Of a stretch of 64,000 nt of DNA, positions 1 to 9,525 are shown one piece after another. Within the stretch, counting starts at the first letter, position 1. Each line of letters opens with the position of its first letter. The notes below the pieces were generated by a model that made no database searches, was not told the origin of the DNA, and saw only the letters and a list, made by a program, of their open reading frames with translations. The stretch lies in the NCBI GenBank assembly GCA_963708135.1, contig OY970192.1, positions 4,480,001 to 4,544,000 of the forward strand, given 5' to 3'. This DNA is from an uncultured Gemmatimonadales bacterium (GTDB lineage: Bacteria; Gemmatimonadota; Gemmatimonadetes; Longimicrobiales; RSA9). The translations under genes and the position numbers were made by a program.

Positions 1-97
1 CCGCGCGCAGGCGCTGATGGGCGAGGCGCTTCAGCTCCTCGTAGACGATCGGGACGAGCGCATCCGTCGCCGAGGGACCCGGGGTGTGATCCGGCAT
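1..97 (-). CDS. ECF-type sigma factor (TIGR02999-like), N-terminus only; runs off the window edge
   Basis: Manual translation from ATG at 97: MPDHTPGPSATDALVPIVYEELKRLAHQRLRA; the L-x-P-x-V-Y-x-E-L-K-R-L-A motif is typical of this family. Confidence 0.75.
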   Translation of the reverse strand, partial: MPDHTPGPSATDALVPIVYEELKRLAHQRLRA

Positions 98-352
98 GAG
101 GCGTCACGGCGCGAGGGTTCCGCCGGCGACAGGCGGCGGAAGGGAGTAGGCAGCCACGGCAATAATGGGCGGTCGCCGAACTCAGGCGCAATCCCTACCT
201 GGCCGCCCCGACCGTGACACGCTCCCGCCCGCCGCGCAGCGTCCGCTGGTGCAGACCAGCAGAGTCTCGCCCGCGGGGAGATCGAGCGTGGTCGTGAGCG
301 GGTGGCCGGGGTAGGCGAAGAGCGCGGCGAAGTCCTCGTCGGGAGGTGGGCC

Positions 353-1855
353 TCACACGCTGCCGGTCACGCGGAACGCCGCCAATCCCTCGAGCTGCTT
401 CCACGCGGCGTATTCGGTGAACAGCCGGTTGCGCTCGGTAAGGACCACGCGCATCTGGTCCTCGACGATGCCGCGGGCCTTCAGGAACAGCTTGAGGTTG
501 TCGTCCAGCGTACGGAAGTACTCGACGTACGCGTACTTCTTCTTGTCCTGGCCGAGTATGCTGAGATAGCTCGTGTAGTAGAGCGACTGCAGGGCGAGCG
601 CCACCTGGTCGGGGTTGACGGTGACCTTCGCGCCGCCCTCGGCGCCGACGCCGAACGTGGTGCCCGCTTTCACCGAGAAGTCGCACCCCTGGAAGAGCGT
701 GCTCTTGAAGGTGAGGCCGAAGCTGGCGCCGATCCCCGCCGTGACGGAGCCCGTCGCTTCGCCCTTGATCAACTCGTAGCCCTGGAGCTTGAGCGTCATG
801 CTGGCCTTGCCGGTTACCTTCACCCCCGCGAAGACCTCCGCCCCCACCGTGGCGGTCACGCCGTTGACGGTCGCCGTGATCTCGCATTCGCCCCGCGCCA
901 TTGCGCCCGCGAACGCCTCCGCGCTCACCTCGCACAGGAAGATGTCGCCGCAGTCGACATTGACGCTGCCGGTGAGCTTCACCCCTACTTCGGCCTCGAC
1001 GGTGCCCTTCACGCTGACACCGACGCCCCTGGTGTAGGTCGCCTGGCCGGAGGCCTTGCCCGCCACGCCCGCCCAGGCCGCGCCGTCGATCTTCGCCTTG
1101 AGCCCCTTGAACTCGAGTTCCGCCGTGCCGTTGATGCCGACGCCGTACGACGCGCCCACCTCGGCCTTCACGGCCCGCTTGAAGCGGTCGTTCGTCCACT
1201 CGACCTTGCTCAGTCGGCCGCCGTCGCCCACCGTCTTCAGACCCACCTGCGTCTCGTACTTCGCGCTGAACTCGTACGGGCTGTGGAGGTTGGCCAGCTT
1301 GCCGGCGTCCTCGCACATCACCTCGAGGAACAGCCGCACCTTCGAGGACTGCGCGTTCCCCAGGTACTGGAACATCAGCGAGTCGCCTTCCACGTGCCTG
1401 GGGAAGTACTGCAGGCCGTGCATCCAGTAGTTGATCAGCTGCAGCTTCTCGTCCAGCAGCTCCAGCTTGCCGTTGATCATCCGCCGCTGGTCGAGCAACG
1501 AATCCAGGTCGGCCTCGGTGGCCGGTGGGGGCGTCAACGCAGCGCCGAACTTCTTCCTGTATTCATCCGCGAACCAGTCGAGGTTTACCTTCGCCCGCTG
1601 CGACTCCATCGACCTTCCGGACGGGCCCGCCTGCTTCTCCAGCACGTGCTTCTGGATGTTCAGCAGCCGGAGAAACTCGCTGGCCAGAGCCGTCCGCTGC
1701 GACTGCGACGCCCCTCCGGTGATGGAGCTCTTGTTCAGCTGCTTGAACCACTGCGGGATGACGTCCTGGAACTGGACGGGCGCGAGCTCGACCCAGGCGA
1801 GGTCGTAGCGGTTGGCTTTGGAAGCTCGTTGCAGCGCTTCGAACACAGGGGTCAC
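353..1855 (-). CDS. Hypothetical protein with a central Gly/Ala/Val-rich repeat region (AEAFAGA-type repeats)
   Basis: 500-aa ORF with protein-like, Lys-rich composition; recurring motifs AEVGASYGVG, AAWAGVAG, VEAEVGV, AEAFAGA, AEVFAGV. GTG start uncertain. Confidence 0.75.
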   Translation of the reverse strand: MTPVFEALQRASKANRYDLAWVELAPVQFQDVIPQWFKQLNKSSITGGASQSQRTALASEFLRLLNIQKHVLEKQAGPSGRSMESQRAKVNLDWFADEYRKKFGAALTPPPATEADLDSLLDQRRMINGKLELLDEKLQLINYWMHGLQYFPRHVEGDSLMFQYLGNAQSSKVRLFLEVMCEDAGKLANLHSPYEFSAKYETQVGLKTVGDGGRLSKVEWTNDRFKRAVKAEVGASYGVGINGTAELEFKGLKAKIDGAAWAGVAGKASGQATYTRGVGVSVKGTVEAEVGVKLTGSVNVDCGDIFLCEVSAEAFAGAMARGECEITATVNGVTATVGAEVFAGVKVTGKASMTLKLQGYELIKGEATGSVTAGIGASFGLTFKSTLFQGCDFSVKAGTTFGVGAEGGAKVTVNPDQVALALQSLYYTSYLSILGQDKKKYAYVEYFRTLDDNLKLFLKARGIVEDQMRVVLTERNRLFTEYAAWKQLEGLAAFRVTGSV

Positions 1856-2044
1856 CTCGGATCGGGGGAAGCCAAAGATTGCTGGGGACCGAGGCTGTCC
1901 GCAAGCACCGGTCGCGAGTGGAATCGCGCCGGCCGGGTGGGCTCCCCCCTTTTCCCGGCCGTCGTCTGGACCGATCTTTCAAGCAGCGGTCGCCGGCGTC
2001 GCGAGCTGCCGCGACCGCATGGAGTGGCTTCAGACCAACGGCCT

Positions 2045-3157
2045 ATGATGAAGCATCACCTGAGTAGAAGCAGGATGTTCGGACTGGCAGTCGCTGTCAG
2101 CCTCGGTTTCAGCTCGTTGAGCTACGTTCAGGGGCGGCTCGCCTCGCGGCAGCGGCTCGAGCTGCTGGCCGCGGCCCGGGCACGGCGAGACTCGATTGCC
2201 CACGCCCGCGCCGACAGCATCGCCCGCGCGGACAGCATCGCGGCAGCCCGGAAGGCTGGGCGGCGTGCGGTGGCGCCCGACCCCTCGTCGTCCGCCAAGC
2301 GGTACAGGTCGGGGGAGGACCCGGCGTTCGCGGAGCGGATGGGATGGCCCGTGAAGACGCCGGCGACGCTGCCGGGCTCGATTCTGCCCGGCCACCGCAT
2401 TGTCGCCTACTACGGCAACCCGTTCTCGACGCGCATGGGTGTGCTGGGCGAGTATCCGGTCGAGGAGATGCTGCACCGCTTCGACAGCGCCGTGGAGGCG
2501 TGGCGCAAGGCCGATCCGTCCACGCCCGTACAGCCGGCGCTGCATCTGATCGCCGTCGTGGCCGATGGCAAGCCCGGCACGTCGGCCAGGTATCGCACGA
2601 TCATGCCGGACACGCTGGTGGAGGAAGTCTATCGCTGGGCCAGGTCGCGCCACGCGATCCTGTTCATCGACATCCAGACCGGCCAGAGCAGCATCCGCGA
2701 GCTGCTGCCCAGGTTCGATCATTTCCTGAAACGGCCGGATATCCATCTGGGCATCGATCCGGAATTCATGATGCACGATGGGCGGGTGCCCGGCACGAAG
2801 ATCGGCACCATGGACGCCGCCGACATCAACTGGGCCTCCGAGCACCTCGCCCGGCTCGTGCGCGAGAACCACCTGCCTCCCAAGGTGCTGATCATCCACC
2901 GCTTCACGCGCAACATGGTCACCCACTCCGAGCAGATTCGGCTGCGGCCGGAGGTGCAGATCTTGATGAACATGGATGGCTGGGGCGCGCCGTGGCTGAA
3001 GCGGCAGAGCTACAAGGACTACATCGTTCGAGAGCCGGTCGAGTACACGGGGTTCAAGATCTTCTACCACAACGACACCAGGAAGGGCGATCCGCTGCTC
3101 ACCCCGGCGGAGGTGCTCAAGCTGCGCCCGAAGCCACTCTACATCCAGTACCAGTAG
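2045..3157 (+). CDS. Conserved secreted or membrane-anchored hypothetical protein
   Basis: Tail of ORF 302..3157 from MMKHH; N-terminal hydrophobic segment, ARADSI repeats, then a globular domain (RIVAYYGNP...MGVLGE, HLGIDPEF, MNMDGWG, YTGFKIFY). Confidence 0.75.
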   Translation: MMKHHLSRSRMFGLAVAVSLGFSSLSYVQGRLASRQRLELLAAARARRDSIAHARADSIARADSIAAARKAGRRAVAPDPSSSAKRYRSGEDPAFAERMGWPVKTPATLPGSILPGHRIVAYYGNPFSTRMGVLGEYPVEEMLHRFDSAVEAWRKADPSTPVQPALHLIAVVADGKPGTSARYRTIMPDTLVEEVYRWARSRHAILFIDIQTGQSSIRELLPRFDHFLKRPDIHLGIDPEFMMHDGRVPGTKIGTMDAADINWASEHLARLVRENHLPPKVLIIHRFTRNMVTHSEQIRLRPEVQILMNMDGWGAPWLKRQSYKDYIVREPVEYTGFKIFYHNDTRKGDPLLTPAEVLKLRPKPLYIQYQ

Positions 3158-3188
3158 TGGAGCAGTCCTCCTCACAAGTCATACGCCG

Positions 3189-3267
3189 GTGACCGAACGC
3201 CGCATCGACCAGCCGATCGCTACGGACGAGCTCTTCCCCGTCGTCTACGACGAGCTCAAGCGCATCG
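3189..3267 (+). pseudogene. N-terminal stump of a TIGR02999-like ECF sigma factor
   Basis: MTERRIDQPIATDELFPVVYDELKRI resembles the ECF at 1-97; similarity stops abruptly after about 26 codons. Confidence 0.7.
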
Positions 3268-3945
3268 TACGGCCGCCACGCCGCCGCCGAGCCGCTCTAT
3301 CGGCGGGCTCTCGCCATCCGGCGCCGGGCCTACGGCAATGGGCATCCAATGGTCGCCGCGGCGATGAGCGACTTGAGCGACTTCCTGGCGCGGCGGGGTG
3401 AGCGGGTCGAGGCGATCGACCTTGCGCGAAGGCAGCTCGCGATCCTGCGCCGCGTGTACGGCCCTACGCATCCAGTGGTCGGTGTCGCCACGGCCGACCT
3501 GGCGCAGACGCTGTCGTACGCCGGGCAGCCGGTGGAGGCGGACTCCCTGTTTCGTCGCGCCCTCGAGCTTCAGACGCGCACCTACGGGCGCAACAGCGGC
3601 GTCGTTGCAGGCGTCGAGGTCGGCCTCGCGAAACTCCTGATCGACGGCGGGCGCTATACCAGCGCGGACTCGTTGCTCAGGGACGCGATCCGTATCCGCC
3701 GCATCGGCCAGCCGCCGGGATCCGCGTTGAGCGCCACCGCCGAGGCGATGCTGGGCATGCTCCATACGCGCACCGGCGACTACGCCGCGGCCGACACTCT
3801 GCTCCGGGGCTCCGTCGCGCGCCTCTCGCGAATCGTCGGCCCGCAGGACCCCGAGCTGCGCCAGATGCACGCCTGGCTGGCGGACCTCGAGGCGCTGCGT
3901 GGGGACAGCGCCGCCGCCGCGCGCGAGCGGGCGCTGGCGCGCTGA
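3265..3945 (+). pseudogene. C-terminal TPR-repeat remnant, probably of a Ser/Thr kinase-TPR protein
   Basis: Frame upstream of the 3349 ATG reads SYGRHAAAEPLYRRALAIRRRAYGNGHPMV; repeats such as EADSLFRRALELQTRTYG and LAILRRVYGPTHP. No N-terminal kinase domain present. Confidence 0.7.
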
Positions 3946-4012
3946 GATGTCGGCAGCATTACACCTCGGCCCGTCCGCGCCGCCGGGCGCAGGCCCGCGC
4001 TTCCGGGACTGC

Positions 4013-4501
4013 TCAGCTCACTGCCCTCTTCACGAGCGCCTCGATCCGTGCCGCGACGGCCTCGGTCAGCTCCGCCACGGCGAAGGACGTCGGCCACATC
4101 GCGCCCTCGTCGAGATTCGCCTTGTCGCTGAAGCCGAGCGTCGCGTACCTCGCCTTGAACTTGTGCGCATCCTGGAAGAAGCAGATGACGTTGCCGTTCT
4201 TCGCGTACGCGGGCATGCCGTACCACGTTCTCGGCCGGAGCTCCGGCGCGGCCGCCTTGATGATGGCGTGGAGCCGCTCGGCCATGGCGCGATCCGGCTG
4301 CGGCATCGCGGCGATCTTCGCGAGCACCTCGCTCTCGGCTTCCGCCTCGGCCTTCTTCCCGCGCCCGCGACGTGCGGCCGCCTTCAGCTCCGCCGCGCGC
4401 TCCTTCATCGCGGCGCGCTCCTCGGCCGAGAATCCCGCCGGGCTTTTCTTTGCGGCCGTGCTGCGTTTGGCTGGCTTCTGCGCGTCCTTCTTCGGGCTCA
4501 T
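4013..4501 (-). CDS. DUF1801/YdhG-like domain protein
   Basis: Motifs [55 protein letters not shown] upstream. Confidence 0.8.
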   Translation of the reverse strand: MSPKKDAQKPAKRSTAAKKSPAGFSAEERAAMKERAAELKAAARRGRGKKAEAEAESEVLAKIAAMPQPDRAMAERLHAIIKAAAPELRPRTWYGMPAYAKNGNVICFFQDAHKFKARYATLGFSDKANLDEGAMWPTSFAVAELTEAVAARIEALVKRAVS

Positions 4502-4564
4502 GGATATCTCCTGATCCGGGTGTGGCGCAGGCGACTGCGCGTCCGTCTTCGTGCTCCCATCCTG

Positions 4565-4894
4565 CTACGTGCCGCGCAGGCCGATCGGGTTGCCGTCGGC
4601 GTCGGCCAGTACACAGACACGCACGCCTGGCGCCACCTGGCGAGGCGCGTCGCGCTCGGTGGCACCCGCGGCCAGCAGGCTCGCGCGGACGCCATCGACA
4701 TCCTCGACATCCGCGTACGCGACCGGGCCGCCGCCCTCGCCCCCCGGAACCAGGGCCACCTCGAAGCCGTCGGCGTCGTAGCCCACGTAGTAGGCCTGAT
4801 CGGTATGCGGGTCTCCGAGCAGCGTCGTGTAGACCGCCTTGGCGGCATCCAGGTTCGAAACCGGGACAACCAGGCTGCGGAATGCGGGACTCAT
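4565..4894 (-). CDS. VOC/glyoxalase-bleomycin resistance family protein
   Basis: MSPAFRSLVVPVSNLDAAKAVYTTLLG...LADADGNPIGL; RBS GAGGAG upstream of ATG 4894. Confidence 0.85.
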   Translation of the reverse strand: MSPAFRSLVVPVSNLDAAKAVYTTLLGDPHTDQAYYVGYDADGFEVALVPGGEGGGPVAYADVEDVDGVRASLLAAGATERDAPRQVAPGVRVCVLADADGNPIGLRGT

Positions 4895-4938
4895 GTCTTC
4901 TCCTCTCGGTAAGGGTTCGATCCGGCCGGCGCAAGCGG

Positions 4939-5031
4939 CTACCAGTCGCCGGGCGGCTGCCGGGTGCTGACGTTCAATCGGTTGAACAGGTTCGTCAGCG
5001 CGACGTGGAGCACGAGCGCGAGGAGTGCGCG
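4939..5031 (-). pseudogene. C-terminal remnant of a carboxymuconolactone decarboxylase/AhpD-family gene
   Basis: Manual translation RALLALVLHVALTNLFNRLNVSTRQPPGDW*; N-x-x-N-R-L-N is the characteristic CMD C-terminus. CMD genes are known ECF41 neighbours. Confidence 0.7.
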
Positions 5032-5055
5032 CCCAGCTACCTTCGTCAATGCAAT

Positions 5056-5082
5056 GACGAAACCCGAAGCGAGTGTGTGACC
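5056..5082 (-). promoter_or_regulatory. ECF41 (SigJ-like) target promoter
   Basis: Minus strand GGTCACA-N16-CGTC versus the established ECF41 consensus TGTCACA-N16-CGTC; lies immediately upstream of, and divergent from, the ECF41 gene. Confidence 0.75.
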
Positions 5083-5083
5083 G

Positions 5084-5971
5084 ATGGATGAGCGCGACCT
5101 GCTGGCCCGACGATTCGAGACCCACCGCGCGCACCTGCGCGGCGTCGCCTACCGCATGCTCGGCTCGGCCGCGGAGGCGGAGGATGCCGTGCAGGAAGCA
5201 TGGTTGCGGATGAGCCGGGCGGGCGCCGGCGACGTGGACAACCACGGCGGCTGGATGACGACCATCGTGGGTCGCGTGTGCCTGGACATGCTCCGCGCGC
5301 GCAAGGCACGCCGGGAGGAGGCGTTGGACGTGCGCGAGCCGGAGGCAAGCGTCGCGGTTCGCCGCGAGCGCGGCCCGGAGGACGACGTGGAGCTCGCCGA
5401 CTCCGTGGGGCTGGCGCTGCTTGTCGTGCTGGAGACGCTCAAGCCGGCCGAGCGCGTGGCGTTCGTGCTGCACGACATGTTCGACCTCACCTTCGACGAG
5501 ATCGCCCCGATCGTCGGACGCACGCCCGTGGCCACGCGCCAGCTGGCCAGCCGGGCGCGGCGGCGGGTGCGGGGCGCTCCGACATCCGGCATCGACCGAG
5601 CGCGCAAGCGCCAGGTCGTGGAGGCGTTCATCGCTGCTGCCAAGACGGGGGACTTCGACGCGCTCGTCGCCTTGCTCGACCCCGACGTCGTCTTCCGCTC
5701 CGACGCTCAGGCCATCCGCATGGGCGGCCCGGCCGAGGTGCACGGCCCCGCCGCCGTGGGCGCCTTCTTCGACGGCCGGGCCCAGGCCGCCGTGCCTGGC
5801 ACCATCGACGGCGAGGTCGGCATCCTCGTGCCGGTCAAGGGGCGGATGCTGCTCGTCCTCAGGGTCGCCTTCAGCGGCGGGCGGATCACCGCCCTCGATG
5901 CCGTGGCCGACAGGACCGCGCTGGCCGCGATGGGGCTCGGGGAGCTCGGCGCGGAGCCGCCGCCCAGGTAG
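5084..5971 (+). CDS. ECF41/SigJ-family sigma-70 factor with C-terminal SnoaL-like domain
   Basis: HLRGVAYRMLGSAAEAEDAVQEAWLR, LKPAERVAFVLHDMF, RQLASRARRRV, then GDFDALVALLDPDVV. Confidence 0.9.
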   Translation: MDERDLLARRFETHRAHLRGVAYRMLGSAAEAEDAVQEAWLRMSRAGAGDVDNHGGWMTTIVGRVCLDMLRARKARREEALDVREPEASVAVRRERGPEDDVELADSVGLALLVVLETLKPAERVAFVLHDMFDLTFDEIAPIVGRTPVATRQLASRARRRVRGAPTSGIDRARKRQVVEAFIAAAKTGDFDALVALLDPDVVFRSDAQAIRMGGPAEVHGPAAVGAFFDGRAQAAVPGTIDGEVGILVPVKGRMLLVLRVAFSGGRITALDAVADRTALAAMGLGELGAEPPPR

Positions 5972-6168
5972 GAGCTGCTTCCGGACGGAGCCGTTCCCAG
6001 CGTTGCCCGGCGAACGCGCCGGCCCCAGATTCGCGCGTCGTGAGTGAAGCCACCGAATGCCCCGACCTGGCCGTCGCCGAGCACTCCGGAATCGGGGTTG
6101 CGCTCGGCGCGGGCGCGCTGACGACCGCCGCTCTCGCGCGCGGCGCGGCCTCTCCCCGGCGCCGGCCC

Positions 6169-7110
6169 GTGCTCCCGCTCCGCCTCGCCCCCGCCACCGC
6201 GCTCGCGGCCGCGCTGGCCGTCGCGCCGGCGCTCCGCGCCCAGTCCACCGCGCCGATCATCGGACGCTGGGACCTCGCGGTGCACCTGCCCCGCGGCGAC
6301 CGCCCCTCCTGGCTGGAGGTGACGCACTCCGGGAACGTGGCGCTCGTTGGCCGATTTGTGGGGATCGTCGGCAGCGCCCGGCCGATCTCCAGCGTCGGCT
6401 GGAGCGACAACGTGGTGAGCTTCTCCATCCCCACCCAGTGGGATCCGGGAAGCGATGAGGAATCGCTACGCGGGACGCTGCAGGCCGACACGCTGGTCGG
6501 CACGTTCACGGACGCATCCGGGCACCAGCTCCCGTTCTCCGGCCACCGTGCACCGACCCTGCGCCCGAAGGCCCCGCCCGCCTGGGGCGCCCCGATCCGG
6601 CTGCTGGACGGGAAGGACCTCGAGGGCTGGCATGTGATCCAGGGGGAGAGCCACTGGCGCGTGGAGCCGGACGGCGTGCTGCACAACACGCGCGGCGGCG
6701 GTGGCAACATCGTCACCGACCGTAAGTTCGGGGACTTCCAGCTGCACGTGGAATTCAAGCTGCCGCACGACGAGAACAGCGGCGTGTATCTGCGCGGCCG
6801 CTACGAGGCGCAGCTCCTCGACACCCCCGACACGGTGCCGCAGAACGACATCCTCGGCTCGATCTACGGCTTCCTCCCGCCCAGCACGATCGCCGCGCGC
6901 CGGGGGCAGTGGCAGACGTACGACATCACCCTCGTCGGGCGGATGGTGACCGTCGTGCTCAACGGCACCACCGTCATCTGCAACCGGGCGATCCCGGGCC
7001 CGACCGGCGGCGCCCTCGACAGCGACGAGGCCGCTCCTGGCCCGATCATGCTCCAGGGGGACCACGGCCCCGTCGAGTATCGCAACATCGTGATTCGGGC
7101 GGCGAAGTGA
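6169..7110 (+). CDS. Secreted DUF1080 (3-keto-disaccharide hydrolase-like) protein
   Basis: Signal peptide ending ALRAQ; LLDGKDLEGW, FGDFQLHVEF, NSGVYLRGRYEAQ, GPIMLQGDHGPVEYRNI. Start approximate. Confidence 0.85.
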   Translation: MLPLRLAPATALAAALAVAPALRAQSTAPIIGRWDLAVHLPRGDRPSWLEVTHSGNVALVGRFVGIVGSARPISSVGWSDNVVSFSIPTQWDPGSDEESLRGTLQADTLVGTFTDASGHQLPFSGHRAPTLRPKAPPAWGAPIRLLDGKDLEGWHVIQGESHWRVEPDGVLHNTRGGGGNIVTDRKFGDFQLHVEFKLPHDENSGVYLRGRYEAQLLDTPDTVPQNDILGSIYGFLPPSTIAARRGQWQTYDITLVGRMVTVVLNGTTVICNRAIPGPTGGALDSDEAAPGPIMLQGDHGPVEYRNIVIRAAK

Positions 7111-7213
7111 GCGCAGGCTCGCGCCGTCGGCGAACAGCCGCCGACCACGCGGCTGACCCGCGCAAGCGCCATACGCGCGGCCGCACCCCAGTTCTTCGGT
7201 GCCCGTGCCTCTT

Positions 7214-7663
7214 CTACGGGGCTGAAGCCTCAGCCGGCTCGAGGCTCCTGAAATGGAGAGCCAGGAGCAGGAGACTTCCCGGAACCGTGATGCCCCACGG
7301 CAGGCCGAACAGCAACTGCCCGACCGAATAGCCCGGATGGAAGTAGGCGACGCAGAACAGCGGGATGATCAGACCGTTCGCGATGAACAAACGCCGCACC
7401 CACAGCTGCAGGCCCTCCTTCTGGAAGAGCGGCGCCGCGAAGAGCGTGGACAGACTCAAGAAGATATAACCCAGTGCATCCACGTCCCAGAAGAGGGAAT
7501 GCGGCGTCTGATTGAGCACGTCCAGAGGCCCTGGCGTGCCCGCCGGATTCTCGAACGTCCACTGGAGGAACGCGCTCAGCACGTAGCCGACCGCCCCGAC
7601 AAGCGCAGTCGTTGCCGCCCAGAACCCGATCCTGTGCAGCGTCGTCCTCGTCTGCGGTGTCAC
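7214..7663 (-). CDS. Small integral membrane protein, possibly internally deleted
   Basis: 149 aa with about 4 hydrophobic segments; RBS AGGAGGAG before GTG 7663; QTPHSLFWDVDALGY motif. Confidence 0.65.
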   Translation of the reverse strand: MTPQTRTTLHRIGFWAATTALVGAVGYVLSAFLQWTFENPAGTPGPLDVLNQTPHSLFWDVDALGYIFLSLSTLFAAPLFQKEGLQLWVRRLFIANGLIIPLFCVAYFHPGYSVGQLLFGLPWGITVPGSLLLLALHFRSLEPAEASAP

Positions 7664-7731
7664 GTCTCCTCCTGGTCGGGAGAGACCCCCTCAGCGCGGA
7701 ACGAACCCGCGTCGCCGTGCGGTGCGTCGCC

Positions 7732-9417
7732 TCAGCCGCCGAGCTCCTGCGGGGCCTCTCGCAGCGATAGCCGGTCCCAGGGTCCCACCCATTCGCATGG
7801 GCGGCCCTTGGTCCGGAAGGAGGTCAGGTCCTGTGCGACCGAGAGGCTGACGTAGACGTCAACGCCCTTGAGCGAATCGACGCCCGGCGGCCCGAAGGTG
7901 TGCCAGCAGAGGGTCGCCGCGCCGGGCGCCAGATGGATGGGGACCTGCCGACCGTCGATCTCCAGCTGATCGTGGCGGGCGCCGTCCCGATCCAGGACGA
8001 AGTGCGTCGTGCGCCACTGCCGCACCATGTCGGCGTCGATGCTTCCGTAGTTGCGCTCGATGAGCCCTATGAACGTCCAGAAGCGCATGCCGGTCGTGTT
8101 GAGGCCGAAGTGCGTTGGATTCTGCTCGCCGTTCCCGTGCTGGCGCATGGGATGGTCAGGGTCGTGGACGTTGTCCTCGTCGTAGCTGTCCAGCGCCTCC
8201 ACGTTGTTGGTCGAGACGATGTAGTGGCCGTTCTTCTCCTTCATGTCCCCGGGACGGCGGACGGCGTAGCGCGCCCGGCCGTGCTGATCCGCCGGGATGC
8301 TCTCCACGGCGAACGCTTCGTCGGCATCGCTGATGACCCAGTTGGCGCCGGCGGTGCACTTGCCCACGACGATCTTGCGCCCCGACCGGGCGCGGTACTC
8401 CGGCCGGCCGACGGTGAGCAGCTCCACCGCGTGCCGCGCGTTGTCGGCGAACGCTGCGGCATAGAAGTCTCCCACCTGCCAGTCGAGGCCGGGACGGCGA
8501 TAGCCGGAGAAGGGGCGGCTGAGGGTGGGCAGGAGGATGCCGATCGAGCCGCCCGCGTACCCGCTGACGGTCACGCCGCGATCATTCTGGGCGTGCTCGC
8601 TGCCGATCTCGCCGGCCGAGTCGGTGACCGTGTAGCGATGCGCCCGGCGGTCGCCGGGACTGGCGATGAACGTCACCAGATATTCCTGGGGGAAGAAGTG
8701 CTGGTCTTCCGAGCTGACGTGGATCGTCTTCCCGTCCCGGGTGGCGGATCCGAGGATGACCGCCCCGCTACAGGAGTGCGGCGCGTCTCCCGGCCGCGAG
8801 ACCCACGGCGTGTCGGAAACTGGAGGCGGACCCTTCAGCCCGAAATAGCTGTTGATCATCAGGATCTTCTGGAAATGGCCGAGCTGATGGGGAAAGGCTG
8901 AGGCCGCCAGCTCCGTGGCCGCGCCGTCGGCGATGCCGTGCATCATTTCCAGCGCTTCAGGCACCAGCGCCTCGTAATAGGCCTCCTGCTCGCGCAGGTA
9001 GGCGGCCATGACCTCCGGGCTGCCCTGGATGGGCAGCAGCTCGCGGTACCAGCCCTCATAGACCATCCGGATGAGGTCGGCCGCACGCTCGCCGTACTGC
9101 CGCCCCATCTGCGACCAGGAGCCACGCAGCTCGCCGAGGTAGCGCGGATGCGGCTGGTAGGCCGGGTATCCTTCCGCGACGTGGTAGTCGCCGAGCCGGC
9201 GGTTGTGTCCCGTCCAGGCGGCGAGATAACGCTCGTCCGCGCGCCCCAGCCGTGCGCTGGCGCCGGCCGGCGGGGCTGACGGACTCCCTCCGGTCTGCTG
9301 CAGGGCGCCCAGCGCCTCCGTCGGGACGAGCGCGGACGCGGCCGCGGAAACGGCGACCCGCTTCATCCACTCGCGACGGCTGAGCCGTGAATCTGCCGGC
9401 GATCGTTGGTTGCTCAT
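7732..9417 (-). CDS. Tat-exported C45-family (Ntn-hydrolase, acyltransferase-like) protein
   Basis: Twin-arginine signal LSRREWMK; ELRGSWSQMGRQYG; putative nucleophile in HSCSG...SATRDGKTIH. Confidence 0.7.
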   Translation of the reverse strand: MSNQRSPADSRLSRREWMKRVAVSAAASALVPTEALGALQQTGGSPSAPPAGASARLGRADERYLAAWTGHNRRLGDYHVAEGYPAYQPHPRYLGELRGSWSQMGRQYGERAADLIRMVYEGWYRELLPIQGSPEVMAAYLREQEAYYEALVPEALEMMHGIADGAATELAASAFPHQLGHFQKILMINSYFGLKGPPPVSDTPWVSRPGDAPHSCSGAVILGSATRDGKTIHVSSEDQHFFPQEYLVTFIASPGDRRAHRYTVTDSAGEIGSEHAQNDRGVTVSGYAGGSIGILLPTLSRPFSGYRRPGLDWQVGDFYAAAFADNARHAVELLTVGRPEYRARSGRKIVVGKCTAGANWVISDADEAFAVESIPADQHGRARYAVRRPGDMKEKNGHYIVSTNNVEALDSYDEDNVHDPDHPMRQHGNGEQNPTHFGLNTTGMRFWTFIGLIERNYGSIDADMVRQWRTTHFVLDRDGARHDQLEIDGRQVPIHLAPGAATLCWHTFGPPGVDSLKGVDVYVSLSVAQDLTSFRTKGRPCEWVGPWDRLSLREAPQELGG

Positions 9418-9525
9418 CGGAGGCACTCCCGGTCGTTTGTATGAGCCATGATCCACCCGTCGGCCGTGCCGCGCAAGGAGCTGCGAACCTTGACCTGGCC
9501 ATCCCGAACAGCCCATCCTCCGGAG

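Noticed and set aside
195..345. Possible coding remnant on the minus strand (DEDFAALFAYPGHPLTTTLDLPAGETLL...)
   Set aside because: Reads like protein, but I cannot assign a family or boundaries, so it is not reported as a feature.
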